From: Candidatus Nanohaloarchaea archaeon
Lineage (GTDB): Archaea; Nanohalarchaeota; Nanosalinia; Nanosalinales; Nanosalinaceae
Direction: 5' to 3'
Length of the DNA stretch: 12,936 nt
Assembly (NCBI GenBank): GCA_047617745.1
Contig: JBLGBN010000022.1
Coordinates: 1-12,936 of the forward strand
The notes beneath the pieces were generated by a model. The model did no database searches. It saw nothing but the letters and a program-made list of their open reading frames with translations, and was not told the DNA's origin. The translations under genes were made by a program, and so were the position numbers. Shown piece by piece: positions 7,489-12,936 of the stretch (position 1 is its first letter; the number at the start of each line of letters is the position of its first letter).

Positions 7489-8645
7489 TACCTGGCCTGT
7501 TCAAGCTTGCGGTAAGAAACACGTTGAGGCGTGGAAAGAAATCCTGGATAACAGTTGCCGGGGTTTTTGTCGGTATAGCAGCTATCGTATCTCTGGTCTC
7601 GCTTGGACAGGGCCTTGAGGCCGGGATCGAACAGGAGTTCGAGGAGCTGGGCTCTAACCAGGTAATGGTTATGGGAGAGGTCTCGGATCAGGATATATCT
7701 GTGGTGGAGCGAGCCCGCGGAGTCGACCAGGCTGTCGGTGTTTACCAGAGAACTGAAGCAGTTACCTTCAGAGGAGAGACCAGGAGAGTGACGGTAGTGG
7801 GTGCAGACCTTGACCGTTTCGACACTGCTTTCCGTGGCTTACCTTTGAGACTGGAAGACGGAAGAAAGCTGAGATCAACGGACCGAACCTCGGCAATGGC
7901 AAGCATCAACCTGGATAGCATGTACGAGGATGAAATAGAGGTAAGAAGCCAATTAGATATTGAGGGAGAAAGATTCAGGGTTCAGGGATTCTACAGTTCG
8001 GGAAGCCCACAGTTCCAGAACAGTATGATTGTCGGCCTTGACCGCGTGAGAAATATCTGGAGTGTAGGCGATGAATTAACACAGGTGGTGGCTGTAGTTG
8101 ACTCCGGTTTCTCACAGGAAGAGGTCGCCAACAATATAGAGGAGGAGATGAGGAATGATAGAAATATGCAGGAGGGGGATGAAAACTTTGAGGTCACCAC
8201 ACCTCAGGATATTCTGAGCTCTCTAAACAGTATACTGAGTATTGTCCAGGGAATCGTTGTCGGGCTGGCCTCGATAGCCCTGCTTGTCGGAAGCATTGGT
8301 ATAATGAATACGATGTACATGTCGATTAACGAGAGAACACAGGAGATCGGCGCTATGAAAGCGATAGGAGCATCTGAAAGACAGATACAGCTACTTTTCC
8401 TGATGGAGGCGGGTCTGATCGGGTTGATAGGAGGGTTGATCGGCGCCGGCTTTGGAATTCTGGTAAGCGAGATCGCGGTTTTCGCAACCGCCGACCTGGC
8501 ATCCATAACACTGGTCCGTGGATACGGATTCCCGCTTATCGCAGGATCGATCACTTTCTCAACGCTGATAGGCTTCGTCTCAGGTTATGTTCCGGCGAGA
8601 CAGGCATCAAAACTTGATCCCGCGGATGCTTTAAGATACGAATAA
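7485..8645 (+). CDS. ABC transporter permease, MacB/FtsX family (copy 2)
   Basis: Same architecture: GIMNTMYMSINERTQEIGAMKAIGA and PARQASKLDPADALRYE. ATGA overlap with copy 1. Confidence 0.96.
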   Translation: MIPGLFKLAVRNTLRRGKKSWITVAGVFVGIAAIVSLVSLGQGLEAGIEQEFEELGSNQVMVMGEVSDQDISVVERARGVDQAVGVYQRTEAVTFRGETRRVTVVGADLDRFDTAFRGLPLRLEDGRKLRSTDRTSAMASINLDSMYEDEIEVRSQLDIEGERFRVQGFYSSGSPQFQNSMIVGLDRVRNIWSVGDELTQVVAVVDSGFSQEEVANNIEEEMRNDRNMQEGDENFEVTTPQDILSSLNSILSIVQGIVVGLASIALLVGSIGIMNTMYMSINERTQEIGAMKAIGASERQIQLLFLMEAGLIGLIGGLIGAGFGILVSEIAVFATADLASITLVRGYGFPLIAGSITFSTLIGFVSGYVPARQASKLDPADALRYE

Positions 8646-8670
8646 TTTAGGGATCATTCTATCAGTTTAT

Positions 8671-9111
8671 TCAGCTGTGAAAATGTTTTATTTCGCCGTT
8701 CCCGTTCACCATGTAACTTTTGAGACCTTCCTCCCTGAACATTCTAAGGTTGGATTCCTTGTCGTCGACAGCTAGCACAGGATTTTCCAGTCTCTCAAGC
8801 TTTTCCCTCTTGAACTCGTGGTCTTCAATATTCCGTTTATCTTTCTCCAGCATGAAGAGCTGGTCGTAAGGCACATCTTTCTCGTTCAGCCAGTTCACTG
8901 TTCTCTCCCTTACCTCTTCGGACCTCGCTGTGATTATAACTATCCTGTGATCTGATCTGAGCTCTTTAACAAAGTCGAGAACCTCGCTGACGGCTTCGTC
9001 CTCACTGCACCTTTTCAGGTATTCCTTCCAGTTCTTGCTTTCTCCCTCTATCAGGTGTTTCCGGTGGCTGTTGTCCGATATCGTTCCGTCAAGATCGATT
9101 ACTGCCTCCAT
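8671..9111 (-). CDS. HAD-superfamily phosphatase resembling the T4 Pnkp 3'-phosphatase domain (stand-alone, 146 aa)
   Basis: From ATG 9111: DLDGT (motif I), ITAR (II), DHEFK (III), VDD (IV). TATAAG lies 22-27 nt upstream. The ORF-track start at 9237 would overlap mscS. Confidence 0.88.
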   Translation of the reverse strand: MEAVIDLDGTISDNSHRKHLIEGESKNWKEYLKRCSEDEAVSEVLDFVKELRSDHRIVIITARSEEVRERTVNWLNEKDVPYDQLFMLEKDKRNIEDHEFKREKLERLENPVLAVDDKESNLRMFREEGLKSYMVNGNGEIKHFHS

Positions 9112-9196
9112 ATCTCCATTATTACAGCCAGTCTTATACACAAGTTTCGCCGGAATTGATACAGGATTTAAAATCCAGGAGATGAAAGCAGTGTAC

Positions 9197-9709
9197 ATGT
9201 ACCACCACCTTCTCCCCGCAGTTTCATCTACATACATCGCGGGTGTTGCATTTCAGATACTGGAGGTAGCAGCTTTTCTGGTTATAGCCTCGATAGCGAT
9301 AAGATATATCTCCAATGCAGTCAGGAAAAGTTTCTCGAAAAAATACTCTGAACCGGTTATACTGGACCTTATCAAGGATGTTACCCGGATTTTCATGTGG
9401 TTCTGGGTGGTTCTCGTGTCTTTAAGCATGCTTGGTTTCGGTGCAATAGCATCAAGCATGGGAACAGCGTCAGGATTTGTAGCCTTAGGTGTTGCGTTTG
9501 CGTTGAAAGATGTAATATCGGATACGGTCGCAGGTGTTTACCTTGCACAGGATAGAGACTTCAACTCTGGAGATACTGTAGAGGCCGACTCGGTTAAAGG
9601 CGAGGTAGAAGACGTCGGATTACGGAAGACAAGGATAAGGACGGAAGATGGAGATCTAAGAGTGATCAACAATAGCGATGTCGAGAAGAAATGGACAAAG
9701 TTTAGCTGA
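9197..9709 (+). CDS. Small-conductance mechanosensitive channel (MscS family), short form
   Basis: Three hydrophobic segments, ALGVAFALKDVISDTVAGVYL, FNSGDTVE, GEVEDVGLRKTRIRT.DG....INNS. Start is ATG 9197 (TTTAAAA at 9167-9173) or ATG 9182. Confidence 0.9.
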   Translation: MYHHLLPAVSSTYIAGVAFQILEVAAFLVIASIAIRYISNAVRKSFSKKYSEPVILDLIKDVTRIFMWFWVVLVSLSMLGFGAIASSMGTASGFVALGVAFALKDVISDTVAGVYLAQDRDFNSGDTVEADSVKGEVEDVGLRKTRIRTEDGDLRVINNSDVEKKWTKFS

Positions 9710-10100
9710 TTTCATCCACTCCTGGCACGATATCCTCTTCACTGGGTAAAGGCATCTGGTAACTGTCTTTTCTACCTGATGCAATAACTTCTCTTTTCAG
9801 ATCCTGTAGATCATCTTCTGTGAAATGCTTGGCCTCATATTCTTTTCTCACTCCTTTACTGTATTCCCTAAGGTAGTCGAGACTCTCTAAAGTATCCAGA
9901 ACTTTCCCCACTTTTTCCCTTGTGTAATCACGCTGGAGAACCGGGATACCAAGGGTCCGGTAAATACCGTTCAACCCGCACTGCACGATATCAATATCTA
10001 CCAGAGCTTCACCTACCTCTTCATGAGTTTCCTCAAGAAGCTCGTAAAGATCTTCGTCCTCCGCTCTAATTATATTGACCTGGTTTACCTCTACTGACAC
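9702..10100 (-). CDS. Hypothetical protein (132 aa), possible winged-helix domain
   Basis: GTG-start acidic ORF with AAATAAATAA 22-31 nt upstream. TREKVGKVLDTLESLDYLREYSKGVRKEY resembles a recognition helix plus wing. It overlaps the mscS 3' end by 8 nt. Confidence 0.7.
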   Translation of the reverse strand: MSVEVNQVNIIRAEDEDLYELLEETHEEVGEALVDIDIVQCGLNGIYRTLGIPVLQRDYTREKVGKVLDTLESLDYLREYSKGVRKEYEAKHFTEDDLQDLKREVIASGRKDSYQMPLPSEEDIVPGVDEIS

Positions 10101-10154
10101 TGGACAGTGTTGGAAACCGAGTTATTTATTTGGAATGGTCTGATCGAGAACAGT

Positions 10155-10472
10155 TTATACAAAATATATTTCGTTTTTCTCTTCTAGCTCATTCTCGGCA
10201 AGTTTTTCTATTCTTGTCTTCATTTCTCTGAACTTTATCCTTTGAGGCAGATAAATTATTGAAGCGTGCTTTTCCAATTCAGATGTTATAGACAAGAAAT
10301 CGTCGTCATGAGTCAAGATAAGATAATTATTTTCTAGGCTTTTCCGTAATATTTCCCGGTCGGGACTTGAATTAAGGCCTTCCTCAAACGTGGTTAAGAC
10401 CCTAAAACCTGTCTTGTTTTCCAGAAACTTCTTTATCCGGTTGTCTACATTTTCATCTAGAAGGATTATCAT
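10155..10472 (-). CDS. DUF5615-family PIN-like protein (VapC45-like putative toxin)
   Basis: LLDENV, G..V......GL....DREI, and ILTHDDDF acidic PIN motifs; ATGA overlap with the upstream DUF433 gene. Confidence 0.9.
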   Translation of the reverse strand: MIILLDENVDNRIKKFLENKTGFRVLTTFEEGLNSSPDREILRKSLENNYLILTHDDDFLSITSELEKHASIIYLPQRIKFREMKTRIEKLAENELEEKNEIYFV

Positions 10473-10699
10473 GCAGGTTCGCCCTGAATCTGTCTGAATC
10501 TCTCCTTGTTCCTGTAGTAGTATGAAAGCGCTTTTTCAATATCTCTTTTACCCAGTCTCTCATAAGCTTTCTCTATCTCTTCCAAAGTGTAACTCAGTTC
10601 CTCGTACTTAATCGCTATATCACTGACCCTTATCCTGGTTTCCTCAAGATAAGGTTCTCCTCCCAGTTTTTTCTCGTCGGTAAGTATTTCCTTAGTCAT
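10469..10699 (-). CDS. DUF433-family protein (VapB45-like putative antitoxin)
   Basis: I..D...LGGEPYLEETRIRVSDI......LEEI...Y..L...DIEKALSYY is the DUF433 pattern, and it lies directly upstream of the PIN gene. Confidence 0.92.
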   Translation of the reverse strand: MTKEILTDEKKLGGEPYLEETRIRVSDIAIKYEELSYTLEEIEKAYERLGKRDIEKALSYYYRNKERFRQIQGEPA

Positions 10700-10721
10700 A
10701 GGTAGTTAAACTCAGTCAGAC

Positions 10722-10736
10722 CATAAATGATTTTCG
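10722..10736 (-). promoter_or_regulatory. Putative BRE/TATA promoter of the TA operon
   Basis: Minus strand CGAAAATCATTTATG; TTTATG lies 23-28 nt upstream of ATG 10699. Confidence 0.6.
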
Positions 10737-10747
10737 GTAATTTTATT

Positions 10748-10787
10748 GAGAAAATAAAGAAAAAAAGGTAGCGGGTTGAGCCCGCTA
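10748..10787 (-). terminator. Hairpin plus U-tract terminator of the S-layer gene
   Basis: Minus strand TAGCGGG-CTCAA-CCCGCTA (perfect 7-bp stem, 10769-10787) followed by CCTTTTTTTCTTTATTTTCTC, about 20 nt after the stop codon. Confidence 0.8.
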
Positions 10788-10806
10788 ATCTACAACTTCA
10801 AATCCT

Positions 10807-12936
10807 CTACTGTGAGGATGAGGAAGTTGTCATGCTGACTGTTGTCTCTCCAGCTAGGTCTTCTGCGTTATCAGCGTAGTTGCTGATGAAGCTTGAAGCT
10901 GCTCGAGTGTCGTCAGCTGAGTGTCCTGCGACAACAAGTGCGTGGGTGTCTTCACTGAATCCTTCGACTAGGTCAAGTACCCATGTGTCTTGTTCGTACT
11001 CGCCCTGTGTCCAGGTCTTGTTGTCCTGTGCAAGCTCTTCAGTCAGTGTGTTGACTGCTGGTCCTCCAACGAGGATCAGGTCCTGACTCCTGTCGGAACC
11101 AGATACTTCTGAGTCAAGAGCTGCAGCGTCAGGCCATCCTGTAGGAGTCTGCGTTGTTGCATCTCCTGAAGCTGCTCCAGCTGAAAGGCTTCCGCCTGCT
11201 TCTGTAACAGCTGCTCCAGCTGTGGACTGTGCTGAAGGCAGGTTGACTGTGACTTCTCCTGCGTCTGAGGAGTCGTACTCGTAGTAGGTACCGAAGTTTG
11301 TGTACCCACCTGTGAGGTCGTCAGCGTCGAAGTCGGATGACTCGAACTGACTGTTATCCTCTGTGTACATCGGAGCATCAAGCTCCAGCTCGTCAGAGTT
11401 GTCTCCTTCAGATGCTGTGAATGTGTGGACGTGTTCGTCCTCGGCGTCATCCTGAGGCTCAATTAGGTGAGCAGCAGGCTGAGTGATGATGTTTGCATCT
11501 CCTGTAGCTGTTCCTGCATCTGCGTAGGTTGGAGCTACTGTTGCAGTGTTGTCTCCTGATGTTACAGAAGTAACTGCAAGGCTTAGCTCTCTTGAACCTA
11601 CAACGCTTCCACTATCATCGTCGGTAAATGTGACTTCGTAGTCGCCTGAAGACTTTGTTGACGGAAGTTCTACGTTGAACTCTGTTCCTGCGTCTGCGCC
11701 TGTTCCGCTGAAGCTTGTGAACTGGTGGTTCTGATCGTAGTTCCCAGTGTTGTTGTAATCTCCAGAGCCACTGTAGTTGTAGTGGATGTTCAGGTTGTTG
11801 ACGCTGTTTGCGTCGTCCTGGTTAGGGTTGACTCTAACCTGATCGAACTGGAACTCAGAGCCGGACATGTTAACTTGGTTGACGCCTTGACTGTCAACTT
11901 GGAATGTCGTTGTTGCTTCTTGGGATCCTCCACTTAGGAAGTCTACTGTAACTTCTTGACTGTGGATGTCGTCGAAGTTGAAGTGGACTGCCTGATTTCC
12001 TGATGGTGCTGTTCCTACTGTCTGGTTGCTCGCTTGCTCGGATATTGCTTCGTCTTCGATGTTTGTTCCTTCGATTGTTGTTTGTTCTGTGAAGGCTACA
12101 GCTGCATCGGTCTCTGTGTTGAGGTTCTGGTAGACTGCTGTGTGTGATGCGTCTACTCTTTCGATGCTGACTGTGTCTCCTGACGTGAACTGTACGTTGT
12201 AGTCGACTCCGTCGATGCTCTGTTCGACTGTGTCTCCTTCCATGTCTGATTCGTCGACTTCAACTGAGTCTCCGGTCAGAACGTTGTCGAGTGTTAGCTC
12301 TCCTTCGATCTCTGATCCTGAGTCGTCGTAGAAGGCGTCATTTACCTGGTAAAGTCCGTGGTTCAGGACTAGGTAGTCGTCGATTCCTACTTCCTGTCCT
12401 TCGTACGTTGCGATGTCTCCATCAACGTCTCCCAGGTTGTCGGCTTCTCCGTTCTTGAAGGTGATTGTTCCTTCGTTTCCTTCGCTGTCTGTAAGTGTGA
12501 TCTCTGCGTCTTCGTCTCCGGATACTCCGACGTCAACTGTCTCTGCTGGGTCTTCAGCTGCGTTTGGAGCTAGTCCTCCGTAGTGGAGTTCTACCTGGTC
12601 GAATACTGGTGAAACGTAAGAGTCACCTGCTGCCAGGTAATCGTTGTCTCTGTCCTGTGCTCCTGTGTAGACTGTTACTCCGTCAATTGTGCTGCTGTCT
12701 CCCATTGAAAGTTCTACATGGGTTCCGTCAACTGAGTCGTCGTTGATTTCTACGCTGCTTCCGTCTTCAAGGACAACTTCGTTGGATCCGATTGAGAAGT
12801 CTGCGTATCCTGAGTCGTCCTGTAGGTTGACTACGTCGCTAACTCTGATTTCCTGTCCGTCAACTGTTACGGATTCTCCGTCTTCTCTCTGTCTTAGGCT
12901 TCCGCCGTCGACTCTGAATGCTGCTCCTTGGTTGTT
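10807..12936 (-). CDS. S-layer protein (C-terminal 709 aa; 5' end outside the window)
   Basis: The frame stays open for 77 more codons upstream of the ORF-track start at 12705 (NNQGAAFRVDGGSLRQREDGESVTVDGQEIRV...). The C-terminus LDSEV...DLILVGGPAVNTLTEEL...ALVVAGHSADDTRAAS matches the Methanococcales/Thermococcales-type S-layer C-terminal domain. D/E/T/S/G-rich, no Cys, only 3 Lys, with strongly biased codons (GAC, GAA, ACA, GCA, GGA, AAC) consistent with high expression. Confidence 0.9.
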   Translation of the reverse strand, partial: NNQGAAFRVDGGSLRQREDGESVTVDGQEIRVSDVVNLQDDSGYADFSIGSNEVVLEDGSSVEINDDSVDGTHVELSMGDSSTIDGVTVYTGAQDRDNDYLAAGDSYVSPVFDQVELHYGGLAPNAAEDPAETVDVGVSGDEDAEITLTDSEGNEGTITFKNGEADNLGDVDGDIATYEGQEVGIDDYLVLNHGLYQVNDAFYDDSGSEIEGELTLDNVLTGDSVEVDESDMEGDTVEQSIDGVDYNVQFTSGDTVSIERVDASHTAVYQNLNTETDAAVAFTEQTTIEGTNIEDEAISEQASNQTVGTAPSGNQAVHFNFDDIHSQEVTVDFLSGGSQEATTTFQVDSQGVNQVNMSGSEFQFDQVRVNPNQDDANSVNNLNIHYNYSGSGDYNNTGNYDQNHQFTSFSGTGADAGTEFNVELPSTKSSGDYEVTFTDDDSGSVVGSRELSLAVTSVTSGDNTATVAPTYADAGTATGDANIITQPAAHLIEPQDDAEDEHVHTFTASEGDNSDELELDAPMYTEDNSQFESSDFDADDLTGGYTNFGTYYEYDSSDAGEVTVNLPSAQSTAGAAVTEAGGSLSAGAASGDATTQTPTGWPDAAALDSEVSGSDRSQDLILVGGPAVNTLTEELAQDNKTWTQGEYEQDTWVLDLVEGFSEDTHALVVAGHSADDTRAASSFISNYADNAEDLAGETTVSMTTSSSSQ

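Noticed and set aside
7147..8324. 20/21-nt identity ATGAATACGATGTA(T/C)ATGTCG at 7147 and 8304
   Set aside because: Explained by the conserved MNTMYMS motif (three single-codon Met residues) in paralogous permeases. It is not evidence for a mobile repeat or a DGR template/variable pair.
10880..12746. Short ORFs overlapping the S-layer gene (10880-11086, 11076-11462, 11725-11937, 12564-12746)
   Set aside because: By-products of the strong codon bias of the S-layer gene, with no independent signals.
1..12936. CRISPR arrays, tRNA/rRNA genes, IS elements, integrases, inteins
   Set aside because: No spaced direct repeats, cloverleaf or terminal inverted repeats were seen by eye, the intergenic gaps are short (at most about 110 bp), and the recognised proteins show no intein-sized insertions.

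Overview
Gene-dense archaeal chromosomal segment. Very acidic proteins, roughly 45-50% GC, tiny or overlapping intergenic spaces and an S-layer gene without a PGF-CTERM/TM anchor suggest a halophilic DPANN archaeon such as Nanohaloarchaeota (inference). In order: 5' end of tyrosyl-tRNA synthetase (missed by the ORF track), a hypothetical gene, a YbaK/EbsC deacylase, RNA 3'-terminal phosphate cyclase (rtcA), a tandem pair of distantly paralogous orphan genes, Hsp20, a small acidic protein, a five-gene operon (wHTH regulator, MacB/LolD-type ATPase, COG1361-type surface protein, two MacB/FtsX permeases), a stand-alone T4-Pnkp-like HAD phosphatase, a short MscS, a wHTH-like orphan, an AT-rich DUF433/DUF5615 (PIN) toxin-antitoxin pair, and the 3' 2.1 kb of an S-layer protein gene followed by a hairpin terminator. 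The most unusual item is the orphan pair at 2286-3484. One copy has an intact PD-(D/E)XK nuclease motif and the other a degenerate one, and a 23-codon ORF bridges them. No rRNA, tRNA, CRISPR array or transposase was seen.
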